DNA of 64,000 nt from Bugula neritina (GCA_964035545.1 OZ037767.1:23638628-23702627); one strand, 5' to 3'. Counted from the first letter of the stretch, positions 1 to 15,420 are shown. Translations and numbers: made by a program. Notes: generated by a model not told the origin, from the letters alone.

Positions 1-4
1 GGTC

Positions 5-130
5 ACAATGATGTATTGGTTATTGCGCCTGCTTGTAAGCAGGAGGTCTGTGGTTTGAATTTCAGTGGGGGAAAAGTTGTACGCATTGGAGTGTTCAAGT
101 CATTAGGATAATGTTTTGAAGTTAAATAAC
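5..130 (+). mobile_element. Degenerate tRNA-derived (SINE-like) head
   Basis: tggttattgcgcctgcttgtaagcaggaggtctgtggtttgaatttc resembles a tRNA D-arm, anticodon arm and decayed B-box (GGTTCGAATC). No proper acceptor stem. Confidence 0.35.
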
Positions 131-539
131 TCATTTCTCTGTTGATATAATATTCGATATATTGCATAAATTTTTTTCAGGGCAAGCCGAAACTGTATAC
201 TACTAATGGCAGCAGTCTACTGTGCACGAATTTCATGTGTTGAGATTGCTGAACGACAAGTGTGAATATTTTCTGTTATCATTACTCAAATGGCTAGCTT
301 ATGTAGCGAGCCCATTTTTCTTTAGTGCTACAAATTATACATGTTAAAAATGCTAAATGATTAAGCATTTTCAGCGTGTATATTCAGTATGCAGTAGACA
401 CCTTTTTCTACCTGCGTTGCAAATTTCCGTCGCACCGTGTGGCACTACGCCTACAGCTTTGCGGGCTATTCCATGTCAGCTTGTCATTTAAATAAAAAGA
501 ACACACACTCATGTTAGCTGATGACACATGCTGACTTAC

Positions 540-1621
<1,082 letters not shown>

Positions 1622-1789
1622 CTACAATAGTATGTATAAGCTAAGTATATTTTTACTACTCGTTATTCTACTAGAGTTCATGAGTTATAAATGCTCCAGT
1701 TTAAATATAGCTCTCAAACAATTTTCCTGTAGAGAGTCAATGTTAAACCCACCTATATTTTTACAGAAATATTTGCTAGTTTAATGACC

Positions 1790-1920
1790 TCACACACACA
1801 CACATGCACACGCACACGCACACGCACACGCACACGCACACGCACACGCACACGCACACGCACACGCACATGCACGCACGCACGCACACACGCACACACA
1901 CACCTATATATATATATATT
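1790..1920. repeat. (CA)/(CACACG)n plus (TA)n microsatellite
   Basis: Direct inspection. Confidence 0.95.
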
Positions 1921-2170
1921 TTTGTTCATCACTTGGATGTTATAAAAGAACTTGCCGATCTTCACAACTTTGGCCTTTTATAAAAACAATTTCTACTGCA
2001 ATGTATATGTAATATATGTGTTTTTAAATTCCTTGAGCATTGGCACTATGATCTGGGTAAAATTAAAATATTGCTTGCATCATCCAAACCATTCAAAGTC
2101 GTACCACCAGCACTAATCTTACATTCAAATTACTTGACTCATTTTTTGAAAGGCCATAATTTTACATGAC

Positions 2171-2720
2171 TTATATTTGGCTTTTGTCACTTGAAAGAAA
2201 CATGTCTCTAGATCTATATATTGAATCATATAGATGATATCCCAATAAGCTAACCGGTTTTTTAAAATTATAGCGATGGAAAGGGTAATATAATCCAATC
2301 ATCACTATTGCGTAGTTATGCGATTTGATCACTACAACTTTTATGGGGCTAGAGAAGAAATTGAAATTTGCAGGCACTTCTTCATTTGGTAGGAGCAGTA
2401 GAAGTTTTGAAGAAAAAAGAACTACTATTTCCGATTAAAGAGGTCAAAATACTGTGACCATATCATAATGAGTGATGCAGTTTTTTTAAGGGTTCAGCCA
2501 TTAGTATGGTGTTCTCAGTTAGTTGAACTATATTATGGATCGGTGAATTCCGGTTTCTTGAAAAAACACGTTGTTTTAGTGAAACATGTTTACAGTTAGT
2601 TTCACCATACAATCTTTGAACAGGCTTCCCTGGGATGAACTTCAATAAACAGTAACCAGAAGGAAAAATAAATCTCCAGTTTTGTAATTATCTTCTAATA
2701 TAAATGTTGTCGAATTTTGT
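2171..2720 (-). pseudogene. Degenerate fragment of the RTK propeller-2 exon
   Basis: PANFNFFSSPIKVVVIKSHNYAIVM...RYNFKK...RDMFLSSDKSQI aligns to RTK-A PANTHFLSGPLKIVIIKSQNYLIVM...RYSFEKK...RDILPTSDESAI. KFIPGKPVQ aligns to KYVPGEPVQ. Frameshifted. Confidence 0.8.
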
Positions 2721-2989
2721 GGTGAGCTTCCTACGCTGAAGAAAGATATACAGTCTTTTGAGATTGTTTATTGTTATATAAAAATCTTTTTCTTTAAACA
2801 ATGTTTGAGCAAAGGTTTGGAATGAAATTATGTTAGTCAAAAACAATCTATTGAAAAGTGTGAAATTATTTTTTTGTCTTTGATGTATGTTTTCAACTGC
2901 CAACTATCACAGTTAGCTTTTGATACTGTATCAGACAACAGCTTCTGCTGTGCTAAGAAGCTTGTGGTTTTATTTTTATTCTGTGTGTA

Positions 2990-4025
2990 GGAAAAGACAA
3001 CCAGTGGTTAGCTAAAAAAAACAGGGCTTTAAAGGTGAAACTGGACTCTCTGTTCATAGAGTCTGATGCTCTGAAAATAGAAGAAAGAGCTCCAATTGGA
3101 ACGGGGACGTTTGGCAAAAATATTTAGGTCAGATGTGCTCTGCATGAAAAGTTTGGGGAAAACCATAACAATAAAAATATTGAAAAGTAATTTAAATTAT
3201 TTGCATATTAACTTAGATGATGTTGGCACAAAAGCTAGATATATAATCAAAATGCTAAGATAAATAATAATTTATTATTATTGCTTCTAACAAAAATTTG
3301 GAAAATTGCATTAAATTATTAAAAGCCTGCTCCATATTGTCGGTATAATCAAAAAATTTGATAGATTGTAAATATGGGGCTAGCAATACCAATGGTGCAG
3401 AATTTTATAAAAGAAGCTGTAATCACAAAAGACTTGAACCATCCGAACATTCTAGAAACACTTGCTGTGGGTTTTCCAGCCTTACATACGGCTCAGATTG
3501 TCCTTACTTACATGAAAAATGGAGACCATAAATCACTTCTCAAAAGAAGACCTTCGGTACGTACAATGTTGCTAACGATCAAACTTAAAAAAATCAATTT
3601 GAAGTTTTAGTTCCCTGAATTTTGCAATTTCATAACTTGCAACTTTTAATATGTGGTGTCGCTTATTGATTTTTGTTGGCAAATTTCACAAGTTTCTGGA
3701 AATTTTGATAGTTTGTTAATGTTGCCCTGCTTTAAATTATTTGATGGCAATGGATAATGACATTCACCTCACTTACCACCTTAGACTATAAGCAGTATAT
3801 AGGCTGCAAATGTATTAGCATGCATACCATAACATTGCCTGTCAATATTTTATAGCATTGTGTCAGACTATGGTATGCAGTGGTTATTTAAAGTCACATT
3901 TTTTTGCTTTTTTAGAAATTTTCAATGAGAGATTTATTGAGTTTTGCTAAGCAGTTAGCTTGTGGCATAAAATCTTATCAAATAAGAAGTGCTTGCATAG
4001 AGACATTTCGGCAAGAAATTGCCAG
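2990..4025 (+). pseudogene. RTK kinase pseudo-exons (P-loop, alphaC, catalytic loop), copy 1
   Basis: About 2990-3187 (KLDSLFIESDALKIEERAPIGTGTFG...CSA* with an in-frame TGA), 3372-3556, and 3916-4025 (frameshift, HRDISARN). Confidence 0.85.
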
Positions 4026-5228
4026 TGAGTATGACTTTCAATTTTTATATGTGACCAGCATGTCACTATTACATACAAAAGGTAATAAACACACATAATA
4101 AAATTATCTTGGAACAACATAAAACCGCAAACCCCAAACCACTAACCAAAACTGCAACTGCAGAAAAAAATTTATTGATTTTGGTAAAAAAAATGTATGT
4201 AACTTGCATTTGTATCTAAGGTATATTGATTGGTATACTGAAAAAAGTACACCACCATGTGTTCATCCATTAGTATATGAACCAGGTAGATGCTATAAGC
4301 AACAGTGCTAATAAAAATAAGTTGTGCAGATAAATCTTGATCCTAAACTTCCCAAGCTAAAAACCAAACTTAAAGTGACACGATGCAATATTAGAATCAA
4401 CAAAAGTCATTTTTGAAAAAATACACCTCTCATGTGACAAAGAACCTGTTGCTGTTACAAAAACATTGTACACTAATCCACTCATGTATATAGTTGATAT
4501 TAGACCTTAACAGACTCGGTGTAAAAGAATACTTGTATGAGTTGCGGCTCCAAAAAAACTATACTAAAAGTTTTAGAATTAAATGAAGACAATTGACAAA
4601 AAAATCAATAACTTATTGGTAAAATGGTTGGTTATCCAAAATATTTGAACCCCTGGAGTAGAATCCAACAGCTTCATTAAAAACCTACCAAATTGCTTTC
4701 ATACCATAATGCTAAAGCATAGTGATCACTGTCCTTTTTAAAGATATAATTTTTTATAAATTGCAGATCCTGTAAAACTGCATGCGATTGCTTGCAAATT
4801 TCTTGAAAGCTGAATCAAATATTTATGCCCAAGGTTAAAAAAAAAGTTAGGCATATGCTTTTATACTAAAGGTGAAACTGCTAAATATTTAAAATCAATT
4901 ATTTAGTCACAGCTAGTAAGAATTAGCGGTTAAAGACTAAAATTGAAAATGCAAAAATTTTCGTGTGTGTAGGCTAAAGATCGAATCCTTAGAAAATAGC
5001 TTTAATAGCAAATGACTATATCTTAAAAAGCTTCAATTAACTATAAAACAAAAGAAACGTTTATGACAACCATAGCATGTCATATCTACTGCTTTTTGTC
5101 TATTTGTCAACATTTTTCTGTTGAAAGCTCTGTTAAAATTACCAGAATCTTTTGAACAAAAGTGGTTACCAACACCAAATGTGGTTCCTATATGATCAGA
5201 GTTACCGCCAAATACTGTAGATAATTAC

Positions 5229-5466
5229 AGTATATCGGAAAGACAACTCCATTCCCCTTTACTCTGTTATCCTAGCGTGCATTATTTCTGATGGGCTCGG
5301 CCTGGCTATGCATGTATTACGACACTATCGGCGTTATGAACCATAGAATGGATAGCCGATAATAGGGGTGAGACCAATTCTGTGAGATGGGGCTGATTAC
5401 ATAAGCTCAATAGCAGAGTGCTTGTACAGGGTGCATTTGAATAGTACCTAATAGACAAATACTATA
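5229..5466. mobile_element. About 240-bp non-coding interspersed element (MITE-like); copies at 9222-9459 and 10948-11186, fragment at 10194-10248
   Basis: Relatively GC-rich block starting (c/t)agtatatcggaaag and ending caaatactata. Absent from the homologous position near 6780. Confidence 0.45.
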
Positions 5467-5469
5467 TGC

Positions 5470-5705
5470 AACAGAAGGGCAACAGAGAGAAGTTGTTTGG
5501 TACAACCCTTATTTCAGTCAATTGGTAACTGCAAAAATTGCAAAAGTATTTTTTAAAATCATGAATGAAGGATTTGCAAAGCAACACTCACTTCATAAAA
5601 TTCTCAGCAAAAATGATGTAAAAGTTAGCTTCAGTTGCGAAAGATACAAAAATATCTTGGAACAACAAAAAGCAAAAAAACCGACCACCAGCAAGAACTG
5701 CAGAA
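5470..5705 (+). mobile_element. Penelope-like retroelement fragment (RT-to-GIY-YIG linker region)
   Basis: KVVWYNP..SQLVTAKIAKVFFKIMNEGFAKQHSLHKILSKNDVKVSFSC...KNCRK matches the PLE linker pattern WFNPPYS.NV.T.IG..F..L...F.K.H.LHKIFN.N.VKVSYSC...CNCR. Confidence 0.7.
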
Positions 5706-6990
5706 AAAACTGATATTTTTTGATTTAAATAAAAAAATCTATGTAACATGCATTTACATTTAAGGTATATTGATTGATGCCCTAAAAAAAGTACAAACCA
5801 TGTATTCATTTGCTAGGATGAAGCAAGTAGTTGAACTAGCAAGAGTGCGAGTAGAAATAAATTGTGCAGATGAATCTTCTCAAGCTAACAACCAAACTTA
5901 GTGATGCAAGACCATATTAAAATCACTAAAAAACAAAACACTTTTGAAAAAAGATACAAACCCCACTAGGCAAAAAAACCTGTTGCTTTAAAAAAACGTT
6001 GTGCACTAATCTGCTCGTGTACAATTCATATTAGACCTTAACAGATATATGGTAAAGAGATAATTGTACGAGTTGCAGCTGAAAATAAAATTGTAGACAT
6101 TTTGTATAATTGAAAAAAATAGTTAAAAATAAAGTTAATAACCTGAATGAAGACAATTGACAAGAAAATTAATAACTTATTGGTAAAATGGTTGGTTATC
6201 CAAAAGATTTGAATTCTGGAGTAGAATCCAACAGCTTTATGAAAAAACCTACCAAAAGGCTTTCATGCCATAATGCTAAAGCATAATGATCACTTTCCTT
6301 TTTAAAGATATAATTTCTTTAAAAATTGCAAATCTTGTAAAACTGCATGCAGTTGCTTGCGACTTTCTTGGAAGCTGAATCAAATATTTATTCCCAAAGT
6401 CAAAAGAAAAATGTTGACATATGCTTATACTGAAGTTGAAAATGCTAAATATTTAAATCAATTATTTAGTCACGGCTAGTAAGAACTTAGTGGTTGAAGA
6501 CCAAAATTAAAAATGCAAAACTTTCCATGCGTGTAAAGAATTCCTAGAAAATAGCTTTAATAGTCAATAACTATATCTTAAAAAGCTTCAAACAACTATA
6601 AAGCCAAAGAAACGCTTATGACAACCATAGCATGCCATATTCTAATGCTTTTTTTGTTTATTTGTCAACATTTCTCTGTTGAAAGCTCTGTTGAAATTAC
6701 CAGAATCTTCTGAACAAAAGTGGTTACAAACACCAAATGCGGTTCCTATATGATCAGAGTTACCAGCAAATACTGTAGAGAATTCAGTGCATCAGTTAAT
6801 ATTGTAGAAAGCATAAACTATTGTAGCTATTTAAATTTCGCTATTCATTTTCATTAATATAGCAAAGTTTTTTTTGACTTTGATGTATGTCTTCAGCTTC
6901 TAACTATCACAGTTAGCTTTTGATACTGTATCAGACAACAGCTTCTGCTGTGCTAAGAAGCTTGTGGTTTTATTTTTATTCTGTGTGTAG

Positions 6991-8020
6991 AAGAAGACAA
7001 CCAGTGGTTAGCTAAGAAAAACAGGGCTTTAAAGGTGAAGCTGGACTCTCTGTTCATAGAGTCTGATGCTCTGAAAATAGAAGAAGGAGCTCCAATTGGA
7101 ACGGAGACATTTGGCAAAAAATGTTTAGGTCAGATGTGCTCTGCATGAAAAGTTTGGGGAAAACCGTGGCAATAAAAATATTGAAAAGTAATTGAAATTA
7201 TTTGCATAATAATTTAGATGATGTTGGCACAAAAGCTAGATATATAATCAAAATGCTAAGATGAATAATAATTTATTATTATTGCTTCTAACACAAATTT
7301 GGAAAATTGCATTAAATTATTAAAAGCCTGCTCCATATTGTCAGTATAATCAAAAAATTTGATAGATTGTAAATATGGGGCTATACCAATGGTACAGAAT
7401 TTTATAACAGAAGCTGTAATCATAAAAGACTTGAACCATCCGAACGTTCTAGATACACTTGCTGTGAGTTTTCCAGCCTTACATACGGCTCAGATTGTTC
7501 TTACTTACATGAAAAATATGGAGACCATAAATCACTTCTCAAAAGAAGACCTTCGGTGCGTACAATGTTGCTAACGATCAAACTTAAAAAAATCAATTTG
7601 AAGTTTTAGTTCCCTGAATTTTGCAATTTCATAACTTGCAACTTTTAATATGTGGTGTCGCTTATTGATTTTTGTTGGCGAATTTCACAAGTTTGTGGAA
7701 ATTTTGATAGTTTGTTAATGTTGCCCTGCTTTAAATTATTTGATGGCAATGGATAATGACATTCACCCCACTTACCACCTTAGACTATATGCAGTATATA
7801 AGCTGAATGTATTAGCTTGCATACCATACCATTGTCTGTCAATATTTTATAGCATTGTGTCAGACTATGGTATGCAGTGGTTATCTAAAGTTCCATTTTT
7901 TGCCTTTTTAGATATTTTCAATGAGAGATTTATTGAGTTTTGCTAAACAGTTAGCTTGTGGCATAGAATCTTATCAAATAAGAAATGCTTGCATAAAGAC
8001 ATTTCTGCAAGAAATTGCTT
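6991..8020 (+). pseudogene. RTK kinase pseudo-exons, copy 2
   Basis: Duplicate of 2990-4025 with the same TGA in the P-loop exon, an extra frameshift in the alphaC exon (MKNMETINH), and HKDISARN. Confidence 0.85.
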
Positions 8021-9464
8021 GTGAGTATGACTTTCAATTTTTAAATGTGACCAGCATGTCACTATTACATACAGAAGGCAATAAACACACATAATGAAAT
8101 TATCTTGGAACAACAAAAAACCTCAAACCTCAAACCACCAACTAAAACTGCAACTGCAGAAAATTTTTTATTGATTTTGTTAAAAAAAATGTATGTAACT
8201 TGCATTTGTATCTAAGGTATATTGATTGGTATACTGAAAAAAGTACACCACCATGTGTTCATTCATTAGTATATGAAGCAGGTAGATGCTATAAGCAACA
8301 GTGCTAATAAAAATAAGTTGTGCAGATAAATCTTGATCCTAAACTTCCCAAGCTACAAACCAAACTTAAAGTGACACGACGCAATATTAGAATCAACAAA
8401 AGTCATTTTTGAAAAAATACACCTCTCACGTGACAAAGAACCTGTTGCTGTTACAAAAACATTGTACACTAATCCACTCATGTATATAGTTGATATTAGA
8501 CCTTAACAGACTCGGTGTAAAAGAATACTTGTATGAGTTGCGGCTCCAAAAAAACTATACTAAAAGTTTTAGAATTAAATGAAGACAATTGACAAAAAAA
8601 TCAATAACATTGGTAAAATGGTTGGTTATCCAAAATATTTGAACCCCTGGAGTAGAATCCAACAGCTTCATTAAAAACCTACCAAATTGCTTTCATACCA
8701 TAATGCTAAAGCACAGTGATCACTGTCCTTTTTAAAGATATAATTTTTTATAAATTGCAGATCCTGTAAAACTGCATGCGATTGCTTGCAAATTTCTTGA
8801 AATCTGAATCAAATATTTATGCCCAAGGTTAAAAAAAAAGTTAGGCATATGCTTTTATACTAAAGGTGAAACTGCTAAATATTTAAAATCAATTATTTAG
8901 TCACAGCTAGTAAGAATTAGCGGTTAAAGACCAAAATTGAAAATGCAAAAATTTTCGTGTGTGTAGGCTAAAGATCGAATTCTTAAAAAATAGCTTTAAT
9001 AGTAAATGACTATATCTTAAAAAGCTTCAAACAACTATAAAACAAAAGAAACGTTTGTGACAACCATAGCATGTCATATCTACTGCTTTTTGTCTATTTG
9101 TCAACATTTTTCTGTTGAAAGCTCTGTTAAAATTACCAGAATCTTCTGAACAAAAGTGGCTACCAACACCAACTGTGGTTCCTATATGATCAGAGTTACC
9201 GCCAAATACTGTAGATAATTATAGTATATCGGAAAGGCAACTCCATTCCCCTTTACTCTGTTATCCTAGCGTGCATTATTTCTGATGGGCTCGGCCTGGC
9301 TATGCATGTATTACGACACTATCAGCGTTATGAACCATAGAATGGATAGCCGATAATAGGGGTGAGACCAATTCTGTGAGATGGGGCTGATTACATAAGC
9401 TCAATAGCAGAGTGCTTGTACAGGGTGCATTTGAATAGTACCTAATAGACAAATACTATATGCA

Positions 9465-9755
9465 ACAGAAGGGCAACAGAGAGAAGTTGTTTGGTACAAC
9501 CCTTATTTCAGTCAATTGGTAACTGCAAAAATTGCAAAAGTATTTTTTAAAATCATGAATGAAGGATTTGCAAAGCAACACTCACTTCATAAAATTCTCA
9601 GCAAAAATGATGTAAAAGTTAGCTTCAGTTGCGAAAGATACAAAAATATTTTGGAACAACAAAAAGCAAAAAACGACCACCAACAAGAACTGCAGAAAAA
9701 ACTGATATTTTTCGATTTAAATAAAAAAATCTATGTAACATGCATTTACATTTAA
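9465..9755 (+). mobile_element. Penelope-like fragment joined to the end of the RTK propeller-2 exon
   Basis: ORF 9516-9755: PLE linker followed by LIFFDLNKKIYVTCI, compare RTK-A LIFIDLDEKEIYSTCI. Confidence 0.65.
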
Positions 9756-11194
9756 GGTATATTGATTGATGCCCTGAAAAAAGTACAAACCATGTGTTCA
9801 TTCGCTAGGATGAAGCAAGTAGTTGAACTAGCAAGAGTGCGAGTAGAAATAAATTGTGCAGATGAATCTTCTCAAGATAACAACCAAACTTAGTGACGTG
9901 AGACCATATTAAAATCAACAACAAACAAAACACTTTTGAAAAAGATACACACCCCACTAGACAAAAAACCTGTTGCTTAAAAAAAAACATTGTACACTAA
10001 TCTACTCATGTACAATTCATATTCGACCTTAACAGATTTATGGTAAAGAGATACTTGTATGAGTTGCAGCTGAAAATAAATTTGTAGACATTTTGTAGAA
10101 TTGAAAAAATAGTTAAAAATAAAGTTAATAACTTTTTGGTACAATGGTTGAGTTATCCAAAAGATTTAAACTGGCAAATAAAGTAGAGAATTATAGTATA
10201 TCGGAAAGGCAACTTCATTCCTCTTTACTCTGTTATCCTAGCGTGCATTAAGAAATAAGAAATAAGAAATGCTTGCATAGAGATATAGCTGCTCGAAATT
10301 GTCTGTGAGTATGACTTTCAATTTTTACATGTGACCAGCATGTCACTATTACATACAGAAAGCAATAAACACACATAATAAAATTATCTTGGAACAAAAA
10401 AAAACCTCAAACCCCAAACCACCAACATAAACTGCAACTGCAGAAAAAATCTTATTGATTTTGGTAAAAAAATGTGTTACCTGCATTTGTATCTAAGGTA
10501 TATTGATTGGTATACTGAAAAAAGTACACCACCATGTATTCATCCATTAGTATATGAACCAGGTAGATGCTAGTAACAGTTCTAACAAAAATAAGTTGGG
10601 AAGATAAATCTTGATCCTAAACTTCCCAAGCTAAAAGCCAAACTTAAAGTGACACCAGACAATATTAGAATCAACAAAAGTCACTTTTGAAAAAATACAC
10701 CTTTCACGTGACAAAGAACCTGTTGCTGTTACAAAAACATTGTACACTAATCTACTCATGTATATAGTTGATATTAGACCTCAACAGACTCAATGTAAAA
10801 GAATACATGTATGAGTTGCGACTTCAAAAAACTATGCAAAATAATTTTGGAATTAAATAAAGATAATTGAAAAAAAAATCAATAACTTAGTGGTAAAATG
10901 GTTGAGTTATCCAAAAGATTTAAACTGGCAAATAAAGTAGAGAATTATAGTATATCGGAAAGGCAACTCCATTCCCCTTTACTCTGTTATCCTAGCGTGC
11001 ATTATTTCTGATGGGCTCGGCCTGGCTATGCATGCATTAGGACACTATCGGCATTATGAACGATAAAATGGATAGCTGATAATAGGGGTGAGAGCAATTC
11101 TGTGGGATGGGGCTGATTTCATAAGCTCATTAGCAGCGTGCTTGTACAGGGCACATTTGATTAGTACCTAATAGACAAATACTATATGCAACAG

Positions 11195-11425
11195 AAGGGC
11201 AACAGAGAGAAGTTGTTTGGTACAACCCTCATTTCAGTCAACAGGTAACTGCAAAAATTGCAAAATTGTTTTTCAAAATCATGAATGAAGGATTTGCAAA
11301 GCAACACTCACTCCATAAAATTGTCAGCAAAAATAATGTAAAAGTTAGCTTCAGTTGCGAAAGATACAAAAACATCTTGGAGCAACAAAAAGCAAAAAAC
11401 CGACCACCAACAAGAACTACAGAAA
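11195..11425 (+). mobile_element. Penelope-like fragment
   Basis: Third near-identical copy of 5470-5705. Confidence 0.65.
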
Positions 11426-12409
11426 AAACTAATATTCTTTGATTTGGATAAAAAGTTTTATGTGACACGCATTTACATTTAAAATATGTTGATTGGTGCC
11501 CTGAAAAAAGTACAAACCATGTATTCATTTGCTAGGATAAAGCAAGTAGTTGAACTAGCAAGAGTACAAGTAAAAATAAATTGTGCAGGTAAATCTTCTC
11601 AAGCTAACAACCAAACTTAGTGGCGTGAGACCATATTAAAATCACCAACAAACAAAACACTTTTGAAATAAAGATACACACCCTACCAGACAAAAAAAAC
11701 CTGTTGCTTTATAAAAACATTGTACACTAATCTGCCCGTGTACAATTCATATTAGACCTTAACAGATTTATGGTAAAAAAATACCTGAATGAGTTGCAGC
11801 TGAAAATAAATTTGCAGAAATTTTGTAGAATTTAAAAAGAGTTAACAATAAAGTTAATAACTTTTTGGTAAAATGGTTGAGTTATCCACTACATTTGAAT
11901 CCTTGGGTAGAATTTAGAAAATTAAAAAACCACCAAATGGCTTAAATGCCAAAATACTAAAATATCATGATCACTATCTTTTCTCAGGTATAATAATTTT
12001 GTGGTGCAAGGTTGCAAATAAAAATCATATTTTAATAAAACTTAGACATATACAAGCAATAAAGATAATGAAAAAAATGTTATAGTTGTTAATTAGCTAA
12101 TATTATATAATACAAATAATTGCATGCATGCATGTTTAGTTTATTAGCATTGGTTAGGTATAATTGGAATATATATATTTAATGAAGATAGGAGAAAATC
12201 AATATGTTATATGTTATGTAATGTTCTTTTACTACAAGACAGTTACATTTTCTTACATTGGTTTGCTAAGTACTTTGCAAATTATTTATTACCTGATGCA
12301 ATATTTGTTCCTGCAACTTTGCAGAGTAGCAAAATGTATTTCTAAGACATATATTATGTGATTTTAATTAATAAATGAACTAGTTTAAAAATTTGTGTCA
12401 CATTGCTGT

Positions 12410-12560
12410 ACCTATGAATTGATGAGACGATGCTGGTTAGAAGAATCTAAAGAAAGGCCCTTGTTTACAGATATACTTAAATCTTTAAGTAATTTGTTAG
12501 AGACTGAAAAATGTTCGTACACTCGAGAGCATATGTAGAAAACATTCCTAAAGTCCATTT
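12410..12560 (+). pseudogene. Degenerate last kinase exon of an RTK paralogue
   Basis: YELMRRCWLEESKERPLFTDILKSLSNLLE versus RTK-B YGIMSQCWLENPEERPSFTVILEFLNKLLE. Confidence 0.75.
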
Positions 12561-12924
12561 CGAACCTGCAAATAGATGTATCAAAAGTTTTTTTTAATTC
12601 TGGTTACTGTTTATTCAAGTTCATCCCAGAGAAGCCTGCTCAACAGATTGTACCAGACCGCTTGATAGTTATCATTGAAACTCGCAAGAATGAGGAGTTG
12701 ATATTTATTGTTTTGGGGAAGAGAAAAATCTATGCAACATGCATTAATGTACTCCTTTTGTTTTATTTTTGACTTTCTATTTGATTCTTTTTCAATATGA
12801 ACAATTATTTTGTTAGATGTTAGGAGAAGCTGGACATTTAGTCTGAAGCAAGAGGTATACTGCTGGATAGCTCTATGATATGCAAGTTTTCTGAATTTTT
12901 TTGTTTTCATCATTCTGCTATTAG

Positions 12925-13262
12925 CAACAAAAGTGGCTACAAACACTGAATTTGCAGTTTCTATGGTCATCATTACAGAAAAATACTACGCGGCCGAAAG
13001 GCAAAAAATAAAAGTTGTTTGGTACAACCTTTCTTTCAGTCAACAGGTAACTGCAACAAAAGTTGCAAAAGTATTTTTTCAAAATCATGAATGAAGGATT
13101 TGCAAAGCAACACTCACTCCATAAAATTCTCAGCAAAAATAATGTAAAAGTTAGCTCCAGTTGCCAAACATACAGAAGGCAATAAACATACATAATAAAA
13201 TTATCTTGGAACAACAAAAAGCCACAAAACCACACCACTAACATAAACTGCAACTGCAGAAA
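12925..13262 (+). mobile_element. Penelope-like fragment (longer copy)
   Basis: KSGYKH...KVVWYNLSFSQQVTATKVAKVF/FKIMNEGFAKQHSLHKILSKNNVKVSSSC...INIHNKIILEQQ...NCNCRKK, with frameshifts. Confidence 0.72.
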
Positions 13263-14479
13263 AAAATTATTGATTTTGGTAAAAAAATGTATGTTACCTG
13301 CATTTGTATTTAAGGTATATTGATTGGTACACTGAAAAAAGTACACCACCATGTATTCATCCGTTAGTATATGAACCAGGTAGATGCTAACAACAGTGCT
13401 AATAAAATAAGTTGTGCAGATAAATCTTGTTCCTAAACTTCCCAAGCTAAAAACCAGACTTATAGTGACACGAGACAATATTAGAATCAACAAAATTCAC
13501 TTTTGAAAAAATACACTTCTCACGTGACAAAGAACCTATTGCTGTTACAAAAACATTGTACACTAATCCACTCATGTATATAGTTGATATTAGACTTTAA
13601 CAGACTCGATGTAAAAGAATACTTGTATGGGTTGCGGCTCCAAAAAACTATGCAACTAGTTTTTGGAATTTGAAAAAATAGTTAAAAAAAAGGCTAATAA
13701 CTTATTAGTAAAATAATTGGATTACCCAAAAGACATTGGTAGCATCTAACAGTTTAATTAAAAAACCTATCAAATTGCTTTAATGTCAAAATGCTAAAAC
13801 ATAGAGCTGCAACTGCAGATGAAAATAAACTTTCCCATTTTTTTGTTGTGTCAAGTTGCAGTTATTATATTTATGCTGTAGACTACACTTGGTTGAGGGC
13901 TAAAAACTAACTTCTATTTGTAAATCCACATCTTATATATATACAGAATATGACATCATACAATTGCCAAACTTCATCTGATTCATGCAGTAATAATTAA
14001 CAACTCTATTGCATGCAGCACATATTCAAAACATTACACCATTAAAAGCAAACTGCAATATGATAGTGAGGTGGTTGCTATAAGCAACAGTAGAAACTGC
14101 AACCAACCACAAAAACTTTTAAATTGGAATAAATAATATTGGAGCATTCAAATGAAAATGTGGAAGCCATAAAGTACCATTTATTTGCTAAGAAAAAACA
14201 AGCCAAACCATACAGCACCATTACAAAACATTCAGTGTCACCCTCTATTATAGGGATTTTTACATCTTATGAAGAAAAAATATAGTATTATCAACCTGCC
14301 TGCATTAAAAATTTATTTTACTATTCCTATAACCCAAAAATTTAAACATTCCATATACTATATAAAATTTAAACATAATATATCATAATAATGTTTATAT
14401 TATATATTACATATTATATACTATATAATATATATTATGTCATGTTATATATACTTGACATGCATTGTGTTTTTACGTT

Positions 14480-15420
14480 GTGATTTAATCGTTGAATTGA
14501 TTGCTATAACTTTAAAAAAAGCTGTTTTACTCTTTCAGGATCATACTCAATACTGTGTGCTCAACCCAAAGCACATAACAATTACACACATTATAGTTAC
14601 GGCCTGTCACCAGTTGATTTGAGTATCTTAAGAAGTAACATTTATAGTAACTGAATAAGTTTTATAATGGTCTCCATGATAGAAGTAACATTCTGGTTGG
14701 TGCCAGACCAATTATTGATGGTTACTATTGGAACTTATTGTAGTGAATAACTCAATAAATCTATGTAACATGCTTTTTTATATTAGTTTTATTCTTTTTG
14801 CTTTCCTTTCAATGTAAAACCATTATTTTGTCAAGTGCTGTAGACAGCCTGATAATCAATTTTGACAAACAATTTAAAAAAGCACGTTTGGAAAACTCTA
14901 TGTTAGACTAGTTTAAATTGTTATTGATTGCCAAAGTTGGAAGGATGACCTTAATCAAGCTGTGAAAAGAAATAAACTACTGTCTTAACTTAAGCTTGTA
15001 TTGAAAAAAGTTTTTACTATAAAACCTAAAAAGTTAAGCATTTCATATGCTTATATATAGCATTTAAATATATATTTCATTCATACATTTATGTATATTT
15101 ATATTTAGATTTACATTTATATTTATATTTATGTATTATATATTATATATACTTGACATGCATTGTGTTTTTACATTTTGATTTACTTCTCAAAATAATT
15201 GCTATTATTTTTAAAAATTTTTTTAGTTTTTTGAGCGACCATCTTTACTTTTAGATACCTAATCCACCAAGACTAATATGCACAAGAGACAGATGTGCAA
15301 TATATGCAGCCCATAGTTATGGTTTGTCATGGATTGAAAATTTTTATGTAACATGCATTTGTATATATTAGTTTTCTTTTATTTTTCTTTTACTTTCCTT
15401 TTAATGGTAGAAAGTTATTT
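14480..15420 (+). pseudogene. Two heavily decayed fragments of the RTK propeller-2 exon (about 14480-14830 and 15180-15420)
   Basis: ctggttggtgccagaccaattattgatggttactattggaac at about 14693 versus RTK-A ctggttggtgccagatcgcttgatggttaccatcggaac at about 33593. gttacggcctgtcaccagttgatttgagt versus gcaacggcttgtctcgagttgacctgagc. Confidence 0.65.

Larger units (their letters stand above)
2870..10200 (+). repeat. About 4.0-kb tandem segmental duplication (units start near 2870 and 6870), with a further partial unit at about 10260-11950
   Basis: Near-identical text recurs at a roughly 4000-bp offset (tgatgtatgt...agttagcttttgatactgtatcagacaac at 2881 and 6881; 5230-5710 versus 9222-9700). Confidence 0.9.

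Noticed and set aside
12611-13493. 190-aa and 120-aa hydrophobic minus-strand ORFs
   Set aside because: Antisense reading of the A-rich Penelope/RTK chimeric repeat. Sister copies are frameshifted.
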